DNA of 64,000 bases from Candidatus Bathyarchaeia archaeon (GTDB taxonomy: Archaea > Thermoproteota > Bathyarchaeia > Bathyarchaeales > Bathycorpusculaceae). Location: the NCBI GenBank assembly GCA_050012255.1, contig JBEKHN010000012.1:1-64000 (forward strand), given 5' to 3'. The notes beneath the pieces were generated by a model. The model had not been told where the DNA came from and did not search any database. It was given only the letters and a program-made list of their open reading frames with translations. Positions 10,320 through 20,396 of the stretch are shown one piece after another; position 1 is the stretch's first letter; each line of letters opens with the position of its first letter. The position numbers were made by a program, and so were the translations under genes.

Positions 10320-11150
10320 ATGAAAGTCAGGCTCAAGGGCAATAATCAGATAAGACTTTTCAGGCAGGTGGCTGAAAGGCTTGTTTCCAAGATAACTGTT
10401 AGCAAGAACGTTGCAGGAGTCATTTTCCTCGGCGGCCTAGCCAGAGGTTTCGCAGACAAGTACTCGGATATAGACATAATTTTCCTCCTCAATAAGAAGG
10501 ATCAACTCTTGCGAAGAGAGATTCACAACATGGGCTTGGAAGAAAGAAAGAGCTCAGGCCTCGACATCGACCTCGAGATTCATTATCTGAATGCCTTTCA
10601 AAGATGGAAATGGGATGAAACTGACAGATGGGATTTCTCCCATGCTGAAATCGTCCATGACCAGAGGGGACAAATCAGGAAACTGTTCAACGTTAGACTC
10701 AAAGTTCCAGAGAAATTCTGGGTCAAACGCATCGTAACGTGCGCTGAGTATATGAAATGGTACTGCTGCCCCTCTGTAGCAGGTGTTTGCACCATCGCCG
10801 AGGCTTGGATTGACCGAGGAGACCTGCTTTCTGCACACTACTGCTTGAACTACGCCATCGACTTGCTCCTCAAGACAGTCTTCGCCATAAACAAGGAATT
10901 CCTGCCTCCGCCAAAGTGGAGAACATTCTACTTCCAGAATTTGAGTTGGCTACCTCGAAAATACAAACTCTTGAACGAAGCAATCAGCATCAAAGATCTT
11001 TCGGCAGAAGAGTTCAGACGAAGACAGAATGCCCTTGGAGAGATGTGGCAGGCAGTTCTCCCGATGATACAGGAAGAAACAGGGTTAGATCTGGACCAAA
11101 TAAACAAGTACTACGTTGAACGGATGCTTCGTCAAGTTTCCGTTCGCTAG
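10320..11150 (+). CDS. Pol-beta-type nucleotidyltransferase (DUF4037-like C-terminus)
   Basis: GGLARGFADKYSDID signature and a C-terminal N..F.PPPKW motif. Confidence 0.8.
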   Translation: MKVRLKGNNQIRLFRQVAERLVSKITVSKNVAGVIFLGGLARGFADKYSDIDIIFLLNKKDQLLRREIHNMGLEERKSSGLDIDLEIHYLNAFQRWKWDETDRWDFSHAEIVHDQRGQIRKLFNVRLKVPEKFWVKRIVTCAEYMKWYCCPSVAGVCTIAEAWIDRGDLLSAHYCLNYAIDLLLKTVFAINKEFLPPPKWRTFYFQNLSWLPRKYKLLNEAISIKDLSAEEFRRRQNALGEMWQAVLPMIQEETGLDLDQINKYYVERMLRQVSVR

Positions 11151-11218
11151 GGCAAGCTGATTTCAACTTCGCAATCCAGAAACCTTAGCGCGCTGGCTTG
11201 CCCCTAAATTCGCTAATA

Positions 11219-11334
11219 GCGCGCGCGTAAGAGCATATACATTTTGCATATACGTTTTGCATATACAGCGGACGAGCATCGTTGAAAACGGTGAGGCTGT
11301 TCAAGTTGGATGCGGAGCTACGTGGCTGTTCAAG
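11219..11334 (-). repeat. Dispersed repeat family A, copy 2
   Basis: Inverted homologue of 2804-2919, flanked by GCGCGC motifs. Confidence 0.9.
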
Positions 11335-11435
11335 TGCGCACGCATAATAAAGGGACAAGGCAGCGCGCGCAATATTGTGGATGTATACTGTGTAGTGAGT
11401 GGTGGTTGTGTGAGACGCGTTCATAGTCACTGTGA

Positions 11436-11876
11436 ATGGGTCCAGACTACGTGCAGTTCGCAGGCTTTATACTTCCAGATGTGAACGGCACATGGCATGC
11501 TCCGTTCCCGAGCGGAAACGGAACTATCGCAACCATAACGTTCAGAGTCATATACCAGCCCTATGGACTTCAAAACCCCACAAACTATTGCAATCTGACG
11601 CTCTTTGACACCAAACTTGGCGATTTCCAAGCAAACCCAATTCCACACGACGTCCAAAACGGTTCCTACGGAATAGTACCCACACCTTTAGGAGACCTGA
11701 ACTTTGACGGAACAACCGACATATACGATGCCATAATATTCGCTAATTCCTTCGGAACACGCCCCGGCGATCCACATTGGAACCCTTACGCTGATTTGAA
11801 CAAGGACGGAATCATAGACATCTACGACGCAATAATTTTGGGTAGACACTTCGGAGAGAAAAGACCAGATCCGTAA
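11436..11876 (+). pseudogene. C-terminal cohesin-like plus dockerin fragment (5'-truncated surface protein)
   Basis: GTIATITF...LTLFDTKL segment and two dockerin repeats (GDLNFDG.TDIYDA, ADLNKDG.IDIYDA). There is no signal peptide and the ORF starts mid-domain. Confidence 0.7.
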
Positions 11877-12152
11877 GAAGCTGAGGAAAAACTCTAACAC
11901 CTCCTTTTTTTGTTCTCTGCAATGATCAATTCTTCCGTCCAAGTAGCCCAGAACAAGAGCTAAGGGTTGAAATCAAAACATGGTGTCGTGCTGAGTGAAC
12001 TATCGAATAGACTTCTGCAAAAACCGTCATCGTTTGACGCAAATTAAACTGAGGGCCGAAGGCTCTAAGAGTTAAATTTAAGAACAGATGAAACTTTCAT
12101 ATACACAAGCCGAAGCAGGTTGCTACCAGCGTCCTCTCGAGGAATCTAACAG

Positions 12153-12494
12153 TTGACGAGCAAAGACTTCCACAAACTCTTTCTTCAAGCAGTAGACGGT
12201 GCCTTCTCATCGCTTGGTGATTCTGCGAGACAATCAATCTACTTCCACCTTGAAACGAGATTCAGGATGCCACGAGACGAAATTCCAGACCGTCTTAAGG
12301 ATTTCGAGAATGGACTTGAGAAAATCTTCGGAGCAGGAACCAAGTTCCTGGAAATCTTGATAATGAAAAGACTCTACGAAATGATGGAACCCAAGAGAAG
12401 AATCATGAAATGGAATGACGACAAGGAGTTCAAATTCATCGACTACGTTAAGGCAACGGAACAGAGCTTTTGCAAAAAGAAAAGGAAACTCTAG
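12153..12494 (+). CDS. Small helical archaeal protein (DUF3227-like), paralog 1
   Basis: AVD..FSSLG.S....IYFHLE...LEKIFG.G...LE motif. Confidence 0.75.
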   Translation: MTSKDFHKLFLQAVDGAFSSLGDSARQSIYFHLETRFRMPRDEIPDRLKDFENGLEKIFGAGTKFLEILIMKRLYEMMEPKRRIMKWNDDKEFKFIDYVKATEQSFCKKKRKL

Positions 12495-12626
12495 TATCTC
12501 CTCTTAGACTGAACTTGCTACTATTGCAGGACCACAGCGTAAATTCATATTCTCAGTTCACAAACGATTTATCAAGGCTTCATCGTGTCTTATTCTTAAC
12601 TTACGTTAAGTGAGCGAGGGTGACGT

Positions 12627-12962
12627 TTGCCTCAGGGAAAATTCAACAGAGTTCTCTTAGACGCAATTGAGGGAGGCCTGTCCTCGCTCGGAGATTCGCC
12701 GAGAGAAGCGATCTTCTACCATCTCGAGACCTCTTTCCGGCTGAAAAAAGAGAACATTCCCCTAAACTTGTCGGAATTCCAGCAGGTTTTGGAAAGAATA
12801 TTCGGACCGGGAGCTCCATACCTTGAAAAGCTCATCATAAGATGCCTCTACGAAAGGCTGGGGCTAGGTTTTGAAGAGCCTGAACACGTGGACTTAGTGG
12901 TCTACGTCGACGATGCGAAGAGGCGAGTCATGCGCGAAGAGGAGGTGAAACAGTATGGATAA
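12627..12962 (+). CDS. Small helical archaeal protein (DUF3227-like), paralog 2
   Basis: Same motif as 12153-12494. Confidence 0.75.
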   Translation: MPQGKFNRVLLDAIEGGLSSLGDSPREAIFYHLETSFRLKKENIPLNLSEFQQVLERIFGPGAPYLEKLIIRCLYERLGLGFEEPEHVDLVVYVDDAKRRVMREEEVKQYG

Positions 12963-13428
12963 AACCGTCAGAATCCTCATTGTTGACGACGACGAAAACA
13001 TCAGAAAAGTGCTCCTAGCTATACTCGAAGATAAAGGATACGCTGTCGAATCTGTCGGAACGGCTAGGGAGGCAGTAGAGAAAAGCAAGAGAAAATTCTA
13101 CAACCTAGCTTTAATCGACATTCGACTTCCAGACATGGAAGGGATAGAACTTCTCACAAAGATGAGAGACACGACGCCAAAGATGCGAAAGGTGATAATC
13201 ACAGGCTACCCGACGTTGCAAAACGCTGTAGATGCGGTAAATAAAGGTGCAGACGCTTACATTGTAAAGCCGTTCGACGTTGAAAAAGTCCTTAACACGA
13301 TTGATCACCAACTGAGGAAACAGCAAGAAGAGAAGAAATACAGCCAGGACAAAGTCGCAGAATTCATAGAGGCAAGAGTCAAAGAAATGGGCATGGAAAC
13401 CGAGGTAGCAGAAAAACAAAGACGATAA
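12955..13428 (+). CDS. Response regulator receiver domain protein
   Basis: ILIVDDD, phosphoacceptor D in LIDIRLPD, ITG, and KPF motifs. Confidence 0.92.
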   Translation: MDKTVRILIVDDDENIRKVLLAILEDKGYAVESVGTAREAVEKSKRKFYNLALIDIRLPDMEGIELLTKMRDTTPKMRKVIITGYPTLQNAVDAVNKGADAYIVKPFDVEKVLNTIDHQLRKQQEEKKYSQDKVAEFIEARVKEMGMETEVAEKQRR

Positions 13429-13504
13429 GAGTCGATCCTAAACACGTTCAATCCTTTCTTCACCTTCATACCCTGAAGTTTCCCACTGATCATGAAAAGG
13501 TCGG

Positions 13505-14401
13505 TCAGCTTTTTCTCATGAAATTCCTGCGTAGGAACTTGACATGGTGGCCAACTTCGAAGCCTATGTTCCGCAACAAAGTGACAGATGGAACGTTGAG
13601 CTCTGATGTGTGTAAGACCGCGGTGTCCATTCCCTTTTCAAAGAGGAAGTTCATTGCCCGCACTGTGAGAGCAGACGCAAGTTTTCTCGAACGAAACTCG
13701 GGAACCGTTGCCGCAGGACCGAGATAGCCTCGCCTTCCACTGAAGAGCTCATTGTATTTCACGGCAGGCCATGCAACGACAACAGACAGTATTCTGTCCT
13801 GGAGCGTTGCTAAGTGAACCCATTCTTCGTCGAAGGGAGGAGACTCAACCTTGCCTCTCTCAATAAAGTCCTGTTTCAGCCTTTCCCATCCAAACACCAA
13901 GTTCACAGTTTCGACAACCCTTTTTTCCTCCCCAGGTCTCGAGCCGCGGATAGTTACGCCCTCTGGAACGGCTGGAAGCGGCCGAACATGCTCGAGCTTT
14001 GCAATCATCTGGTACAGACCGCCCTCAGGCTTGTATCCCCTCTCTATCCAATCATTGGTCCTTGGACTTCCAGCGTCGACTGAGGTGAAAACCGTTTCCC
14101 CGTGGACACACTTCTCAACCTGCGATACCAGCGCGTTTTCTACGGGTTTTCGCTCAGGCCTCTCTTGAACAACAAGCCACCTGATCTCCTCGCCCCAAAA
14201 GCCGTCGTTGTACGTGACGGAACCCACAGCCTCACCGTTCTCCTCGGCCATCAGAGTTCGAAACTTCCCTTCCTGAATTCTAACGCGCACATCGTCTTCT
14301 GTGAGGGGAATGTATTCATATGATCCTTCGTTCATCTCATTCAGAAGTTTGACGAGCGCTGACAGATCTTTCTCTATAAAGTCTCGAACTTGAACAGTCA
14401 T
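13505..14401 (-). CDS. Tandem GNAT acetyltransferase
   Basis: Two GNAT folds, with a PEFRSRKLA acetyl-CoA-binding motif. Confidence 0.85.
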   Translation of the reverse strand: MTVQVRDFIEKDLSALVKLLNEMNEGSYEYIPLTEDDVRVRIQEGKFRTLMAEENGEAVGSVTYNDGFWGEEIRWLVVQERPERKPVENALVSQVEKCVHGETVFTSVDAGSPRTNDWIERGYKPEGGLYQMIAKLEHVRPLPAVPEGVTIRGSRPGEEKRVVETVNLVFGWERLKQDFIERGKVESPPFDEEWVHLATLQDRILSVVVAWPAVKYNELFSGRRGYLGPAATVPEFRSRKLASALTVRAMNFLFEKGMDTAVLHTSELNVPSVTLLRNIGFEVGHHVKFLRRNFMRKS

Positions 14402-14821
14402 GGTTTGTCTTGATCAGAGGCGTTTGAAAACGCAATAAACGTTTAGATACCTTTCAATTTCCCAGACAACCCAAAGATACTCAGTTCCAGAAAGTCTAAA
14501 GCCTAAGCCCAGAAATTACTACGTGGGGAGAAGATGAAGCAGAACGCGCGCGGATGGAGTCCTGATTGCACAGAACTACCGAAACACAGCATAGAAGAAC
14601 AAAAGTCCTATTTTCTTTTGCCCTTATCTAGGAATTATCACGCCTCTAAATATCAGAAGCAGATCCAAGACTAAGCCCTATTTTTGTCCCAAGCGCGAAA
14701 TTTGTCCCCTACTGCGCGGTAACGCATTGTGCACTGCAATGTAAGATGAGCCTGTCCATACCTCTTCGAAAAGAGCCACTTTGGCAAGATTTAAATTCTC
14801 GTGCCGGTCTCTGTGCGCTGA

Positions 14822-15151
14822 GTGATGTCTATGGTGTTTTGCTCGAAGTGTGGCGAAAAAGTACCTGAAGATGCGTATTTCTGCCCAAAATGTGGTTTCA
14901 GAACCAGAAAAGGCGTTGAAGCCGGCGTTGCCGCCCCTGTAGAAGATGCGAGAGAAGCCTTCGCTAAGGTCGAAAAGGAACTTGAAAAAGCATTTGCGAC
15001 GGCCGCAAAAGAGATGCAGAAGGCGTTCAAAACCGTAACAGACAACGTTAAAGAAAAAGGTTTTGCAAGACAAGTTGTTTGCACAAGTTGCGGAGAAAGG
15101 AATCCAAGTGGCGCCAGCTTCTGTTACAAATGCGGCAAAAAGATCGATTGA
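14822..15151 (+). CDS. Double zinc-ribbon protein
   Basis: CxxCG...FCxxCG at both termini. Confidence 0.85.
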   Translation: MMSMVFCSKCGEKVPEDAYFCPKCGFRTRKGVEAGVAAPVEDAREAFAKVEKELEKAFATAAKEMQKAFKTVTDNVKEKGFARQVVCTSCGERNPSGASFCYKCGKKID

Positions 15152-15198
15152 CGAGGCCCGAACAGATGAGGCCCGTCGACACGTATTTGACTCGATAG

Positions 15199-15708
15199 GT
15201 GAAGAGTTTGAAATGGGTGACTCGCGAGCACGTGCACGTGGACAGAACAGCTTGTCCTTGGCTCATAAAGAATTTCGTTGATCCAAAAGCAGAGTTCATT
15301 TTTGTTCCTATTGAGAAAATCGAAGAAGTCATCAAAAAGGAGAAGGCAACCCCTTATGATGTACCGGGAGTTGAGCTGGGACATCACGGAGACAGGTGCA
15401 GTTTCGACGCAGTTGTTGAGAAGTACGACATCAAAGACCCCGCGGTATTGGAACTCGCAAAGATTGTGCGAGCCGCAGACACAGGTAAACCTGGCGCACA
15501 TGAAGCAGCAGGACTCGACGCCGTAATGACAGGAATCTCCATGACTGCAAGAGATGATCACGAAGCGATAAACAAGGCCTCCGTCGTATACGACGCTCTG
15601 TACACCTTCTGCAAGCTGAAACTGATAAGTGAAAAGCACAAGGCTGAGATTGAAAAACTGGATAGAAGAAAGCGCAGAGAGTTTCTCAGGAAGAAGCTGC
15701 AGAAATAG
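15199..15708 (+). CDS. Chromate resistance protein ChrB C-terminal domain family
   Basis: KWVTRE..HVDR.ACPWLI..F.D, H.GDRCSFD and EAAGL motifs. Confidence 0.88.
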   Translation: MKSLKWVTREHVHVDRTACPWLIKNFVDPKAEFIFVPIEKIEEVIKKEKATPYDVPGVELGHHGDRCSFDAVVEKYDIKDPAVLELAKIVRAADTGKPGAHEAAGLDAVMTGISMTARDDHEAINKASVVYDALYTFCKLKLISEKHKAEIEKLDRRKRREFLRKKLQK

Positions 15709-15785
15709 GCTAGGAAGGGCGTCCAGACAATTCTCCTTATGCCTCTAGTTTTATTAAGCCAGCGTTTAGCAGTATTCAAGCTGAT

Positions 15786-17066
15786 TTGCCAATGAACTCT
15801 CGTTCCAAGGGTACGAAGGAAATCGTTTTCTTGACTGTTTGTGTCATGGGACTACTCGCGATTCTCAGCTCCACGATGTCGAAGACGCCAGTGCTGCCCT
15901 ACTTCGCTGGTTACCTTAACACCCCTGGATTCTGGGAGGGATTGGTTTATTCCGCATCGACCATTCCCGGAATATTGATCAGCCTGCCAGCTGGCTCTCT
16001 TTCAGATGTTCTGGGAAGAAGAAAGGTGTTATTGATTTCAAGCGTCATCTTTGCTTCAGCCCCCTTCCTGTATCTTTTAGTGAATCTATGGTGGCAACTT
16101 GCCCTCGTGCGTTTCTACCATGGATTCGCTACAGCAATGTTTGTTCCCGTCGCTGAAGCCCTCGTCACGGAGGCTTATCCTACTAGACGCGGAGAACGTA
16201 TCTCGCTTTTCTCTTCTGCCACAGTCATTGGGAGAAGTATTGCTCCCCTGCTCGGAGGCTCTATCCTGGTTGTCACGAACCCAGGACTTCTTCCCCAGCA
16301 ATATTCAAATTTCGGGGGTCTCTACCTTGCTGTGGGCGTCGTAGGGGTAACTGTCTTCATCACTGCACTTCCTTTTCTGAGCAAAACCCAGAATGCTGAT
16401 GCCAAGGAAGCAACAAAGGTGAACCTGAGAAAAGTGATCCGAGGATGGAAAGACATTGCCAAAACTCACGGCGTGCTCGCTGTGAGCTTGGTTGAGGCGG
16501 GCCAATACTACACGTATGCTTCTGTAGAATCCTTCCTCGTCAAGTACATGACGTATGTCGCGTTCATAGATGGATTCTCGCAGGGTGTGATAATGTTTAG
16601 TCTGGTGATTGTCGTCGTGCTTTCTAAGCCTCTCATAGGCAGGCTTTCAGACAAGACTGACAGGCGAACACCAATCGTTCTCGGCTGCATAGTCAGCTCC
16701 ATCCCTGTAGTTGCAGTGCCCTTTTTCACCCAGTTCTCCGCCTTGTTGATTCTCGCAATGGCGTACGGTTTAGGCTTCTCCATGGTCACTTCTGCAACTC
16801 CCGCTTTAGTCAGCGAGCTTGTGCCAATCGAAGCCTGCGGAGGCGCCATTGGATTCATAAGTACCCTCATGGACGTAGGACAGACGCTAGGACCGATAAT
16901 CTGCGGTGTCATACTCAGCACGTTCCTAGGATACTTGGGCATCTTTTCCTCCCTCGTGATTATACTACTGTCAACCGCCGCAGCGTTTGCACTGTTTGGA
17001 ATTGGCCGTGCAGACTCTGAATCTAAAGTGTGTCAAACAAGTAATGAGACGAAGGTACTGTCGTGA
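15786..17066 (+). CDS. MFS transporter
   Basis: GSLSDVLGRR motif A and 12 hydrophobic segments. Confidence 0.92.
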   Translation: MPMNSRSKGTKEIVFLTVCVMGLLAILSSTMSKTPVLPYFAGYLNTPGFWEGLVYSASTIPGILISLPAGSLSDVLGRRKVLLISSVIFASAPFLYLLVNLWWQLALVRFYHGFATAMFVPVAEALVTEAYPTRRGERISLFSSATVIGRSIAPLLGGSILVVTNPGLLPQQYSNFGGLYLAVGVVGVTVFITALPFLSKTQNADAKEATKVNLRKVIRGWKDIAKTHGVLAVSLVEAGQYYTYASVESFLVKYMTYVAFIDGFSQGVIMFSLVIVVVLSKPLIGRLSDKTDRRTPIVLGCIVSSIPVVAVPFFTQFSALLILAMAYGLGFSMVTSATPALVSELVPIEACGGAIGFISTLMDVGQTLGPIICGVILSTFLGYLGIFSSLVIILLSTAAAFALFGIGRADSESKVCQTSNETKVLS

Positions 17067-17569
17067 CCATCATCATTCAGCGTCTCAAAATCGTTCCTGC
17101 CAGAAGGCTTGAACACTTTACATTCAACCTGTGCAACTTCAATTTCTTCAGAAAAAGCGAACATGGGAAGGCCATGCTCTTCTTTGGGAACTCAGGACAG
17201 CTAGCTGTGCTAATCGCTGTGCCCTACATCCTGGGATGCGAGCTTGCCTTTTTCAGAGAGGAGAGATACTTCGTCAAGTTGAAGAAGCAAGTAGTTGGCG
17301 TTTTCATCCTCCGCGAGAAATCTAACGCTTTATACGTGGGGAGCTTGGGCGTAGCACCCGAATACAGAAAACATGGTATTGCCACTTTCATTCTAAGCCA
17401 CTGCACGCAAATCGCAAAGAGGCTCGGCAAGAAATGGCTAGAACTCACAGTTTTGAAGACGAACATTCCTGCGAGGCAGCTCTACGAGAGATTTGGCTTC
17501 TCGGATAAAGAGGAAAGGAAATGGTCTTTTGTGATGAGAAAAAGAACCAACAGCAATGAACTCAGTTAG
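17063..17569 (+). CDS. GNAT acetyltransferase
   Basis: VAPEYRKHGIA and N.PARQLYERFGF motifs. Confidence 0.85.
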   Translation: MTIIIQRLKIVPARRLEHFTFNLCNFNFFRKSEHGKAMLFFGNSGQLAVLIAVPYILGCELAFFREERYFVKLKKQVVGVFILREKSNALYVGSLGVAPEYRKHGIATFILSHCTQIAKRLGKKWLELTVLKTNIPARQLYERFGFSDKEERKWSFVMRKRTNSNELS

Positions 17570-17738
17570 GAAGCAGTTCGATGCGAAAATCTTAAACAGC
17601 TTCACTGTTGGCCAGAAATGAAGCCCTTTTGCCTAAATACACTTCCTTTGCCAACCCCATTTTTTGGTGATTATGTACACATCGAACATGACCTATCTGC
17701 ATGTTCTTCAGATAAATTCAACGTTATTGTAGAAAGGA

Positions 17739-17799
17739 TTTAAATAAGTAAACGCTAGATACAGCGTTCGCCTCAGTTGTGAAACACTAACAACTTGCA
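17739..17799 (+). promoter_or_regulatory. TATA box (TTTAAATA) followed by tandem NrdR boxes at 17752 and 17784
   Basis: ACGCTAGATACAGCGT is palindromic and fits acaCwAtATaTwGtgt. A weaker ACACTA box lies 32 bp downstream, directly before nrdR. Confidence 0.7.
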
Positions 17800-17820
17800 G
17801 AGTGCATACATGGTGATGCT

Positions 17821-18267
17821 TTGAAGTGTCCTTACTGCGGGTCTGAAAACCTGAAAACCCTCGAAACGAGGGATTCACCTGACAACGCCGTCAGAAGACG
17901 CAAAGAGTGCGAAGACTGCGAGAGGCGATTCACAACGTACGAGTACATAGAAACGGTTGAGTTAATAGTGAAGAAGAGGGACGGCAGGCCAGAGCGCTTT
18001 GACCTCAACAAGATCATCAGAGGTCTGCAGAAAGCCTGCGAGAAAAGACCCGCGACGATGGAGCAGATCCACGAACTGGCAGAGCACGTCAGACAAGACC
18101 TGATGGCGCCGGGAAAAGAGGAAGTCAGTTCTCAAGAGATCGGGGATTTGGTCATGAAATATCTGAAGAAACTTGACCGAATAGCCTACATAAGGTTCGC
18201 CTCGGTCTACAGGAAGTTCGAGGAACCTGAAGATTTCCAGAAATTGCTCAAAGAGGTAAAAGCATGA
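17821..18267 (+). CDS. nrdR: Transcriptional repressor NrdR
   Basis: MKCPYC...RRRKEC..C..RFTTYE zinc ribbon, ATP cone and AYIRFASVYR motif. Confidence 0.97.
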   Translation: MKCPYCGSENLKTLETRDSPDNAVRRRKECEDCERRFTTYEYIETVELIVKKRDGRPERFDLNKIIRGLQKACEKRPATMEQIHELAEHVRQDLMAPGKEEVSSQEIGDLVMKYLKKLDRIAYIRFASVYRKFEEPEDFQKLLKEVKA

Positions 18268-20396
18268 AGTCTGTAAGAAAACGTGATGGAAAGTTAGAAT
18301 CGTTTGACCAAGAACGTATAACAAGCGCGATTTGGAAGGCGGCCAAAGCTGTCGGCGGAAAAGACCGCGAGCCGGCGAAAAGACTCAGCGACCAGGTAAT
18401 GGCCCAGCTGAACCTTCATTTTGGCGAAGACGGCGTTCCCACCGTGGAAGAGATTCAGGACCTAGTTGAAAAAACACTCATAGAGAACGGCCATGCAAGA
18501 ACGGCGAAGGCCTATATCCTGTACCGAAAACAGCATCAGGATCAAAGAGAGCTCGCTGCTCTCTTGAGCGATGCGGACCTCGTGGACCAGTACTTGGAGA
18601 TAGAGGACTGGCGCGTCCGAGAAAACTCGAACATGAGCTATTCACTGCAGGGCTTGAACAATTATCTCTCATCAACTGTCATCGCGAAATACTGGATCAG
18701 CAGAATCTACCCCCTGAACATCGCAGACGCTCACTTTTCCGGCGACATGCACATCCACGACCTCGGAGTGCTAGGCGCGTACTGCGTCGGCTGGGACCTA
18801 AGGGAACTGCTAACATCGGGGTTCGGAGGAGTTTCAGGAAAGATCGAGAGCAAGCCAGCCAAGCATTTTAGGACAGCACTAGGGCAGATTGTCAACTTCT
18901 TCTACACTCTTCAGGGCGAAGCCGCGGGAGCCCAGGCTTTCAGCACGTTCGACACGTATCTCGCGCCGTTCATCCGCTACGACGACCTGAATCAGAAAGA
19001 AGTTGAACAGGGACTGCAAGAATTCTTCTTCAACATGAACGTGCCCACGCGTGTGGGTTTCCAGACGCCCTTCACAAACGTTACTTTGGACCTGACCGTT
19101 CCAGACTACATAAAGAACGAGTCTGTAATAATCGGCGGAAAACAGACTGACGCCACCTATGGAGACATGCAGACAGAAATGGACATGTTCAACGCTGCTT
19201 TTGCAGACGTGATGAACCAAGGCGACTCCAAGGCAAGAGTGTTCACTTTTCCGATACCAACGTACTGTGTCACAAAGGATTTCGACTGGGAATCCTCCAT
19301 AGCCCAGAAAATCTTCGAGGTCACAGCCAAGTATGGAGTGCCGTACTTCTCAAACTTTATCAACACCGACATGAAACCTGAGGACGTCCGAAGCATGTGC
19401 TGCCGACTCAGAATCGACAATCGCGAACTGCGCAATCGGGGTGGCGGTTTCTTCGGCGCAAACCCGTTGACGGGGTCAATAGGCGTTGTGACTCTGAACC
19501 TGCCGAGGATCGGGTACTTGGCGAAGGATGAGGACGAATTCTTCGAACGGCTAGAAGCTCTCATGGAAGTTGCCAAAGACAGCCTGGAAATAAAGAGGAA
19601 GGTTCTGGAGACGTTCACTGAAAACGGACTCTACCCGTATTCAAAGCGTTATCTTCAGAGCGTCAAAGCGAAACACAGCCGCTACTGGCGAAACCACTTC
19701 TCAACCATCGGCATACTAGGCATGAACGAGGCGATTCTGAACCTGTTCGGCGTGAACATCGTCTCAGGCGACGGAACAGACTTTGCGATAAGGACGCTTA
19801 AGTTCATGCGCAACAGGCTTCTGGAATATCAGGACAAAACAGACAACATGTACAATCTTGAGGCCACTCCGGCCGAGGGAACCAGCTACAGGCTGGCAAG
19901 GATTGACAGAAAGAGGTACCCTGACATCACCGCTGCTAATCAGAAAAACGTGGTGAACGGCGCAGAACCCTTCTACACCAATTCTTCGCAGTTGCCAGTC
20001 GATTTTGAGGGTGACCTGTTTGAAGCGTTGGAGCATCAAGACAGACTGCAGACGCTTTACACCGGCGGCACAGTCTTCCACATCTTTCTGGGCGAACGGC
20101 TTCCTTCATGGAAATCCTCGGCGGAACTCATCAAGAAAGCCGCTTGGAGTTCACATCTGCCTTATTTCACGCTCACACCGACGTTCAGCATATGTCCAAG
20201 CCACGGCTACATCAACGGTGAACACAAGCAATGCCCAACTTGTGGAGCAAAGTGCGAAGTCTACTCAAGGGTTGTAGGCTACTTGAGGCCGGTGGACCAG
20301 TGGAACGACGGCAAACAAGCAGAGTTTGCCATAAGAAAAACCTTTGACAAGTCGGCAGCCATGACCGCGGTTCCAACCCAAGTGATAAGCCAATGA
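18264..20396 (+). CDS. nrdD: Anaerobic (class III) ribonucleoside-triphosphate reductase
   Basis: N-terminal ATP cone, RSMCCRL, EATPAEG and the YSRVVGYL glycyl-radical motif. Confidence 0.97.
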   Translation: MKSVRKRDGKLESFDQERITSAIWKAAKAVGGKDREPAKRLSDQVMAQLNLHFGEDGVPTVEEIQDLVEKTLIENGHARTAKAYILYRKQHQDQRELAALLSDADLVDQYLEIEDWRVRENSNMSYSLQGLNNYLSSTVIAKYWISRIYPLNIADAHFSGDMHIHDLGVLGAYCVGWDLRELLTSGFGGVSGKIESKPAKHFRTALGQIVNFFYTLQGEAAGAQAFSTFDTYLAPFIRYDDLNQKEVEQGLQEFFFNMNVPTRVGFQTPFTNVTLDLTVPDYIKNESVIIGGKQTDATYGDMQTEMDMFNAAFADVMNQGDSKARVFTFPIPTYCVTKDFDWESSIAQKIFEVTAKYGVPYFSNFINTDMKPEDVRSMCCRLRIDNRELRNRGGGFFGANPLTGSIGVVTLNLPRIGYLAKDEDEFFERLEALMEVAKDSLEIKRKVLETFTENGLYPYSKRYLQSVKAKHSRYWRNHFSTIGILGMNEAILNLFGVNIVSGDGTDFAIRTLKFMRNRLLEYQDKTDNMYNLEATPAEGTSYRLARIDRKRYPDITAANQKNVVNGAEPFYTNSSQLPVDFEGDLFEALEHQDRLQTLYTGGTVFHIFLGERLPSWKSSAELIKKAAWSSHLPYFTLTPTFSICPSHGYINGEHKQCPTCGAKCEVYSRVVGYLRPVDQWNDGKQAEFAIRKTFDKSAAMTAVPTQVISQ

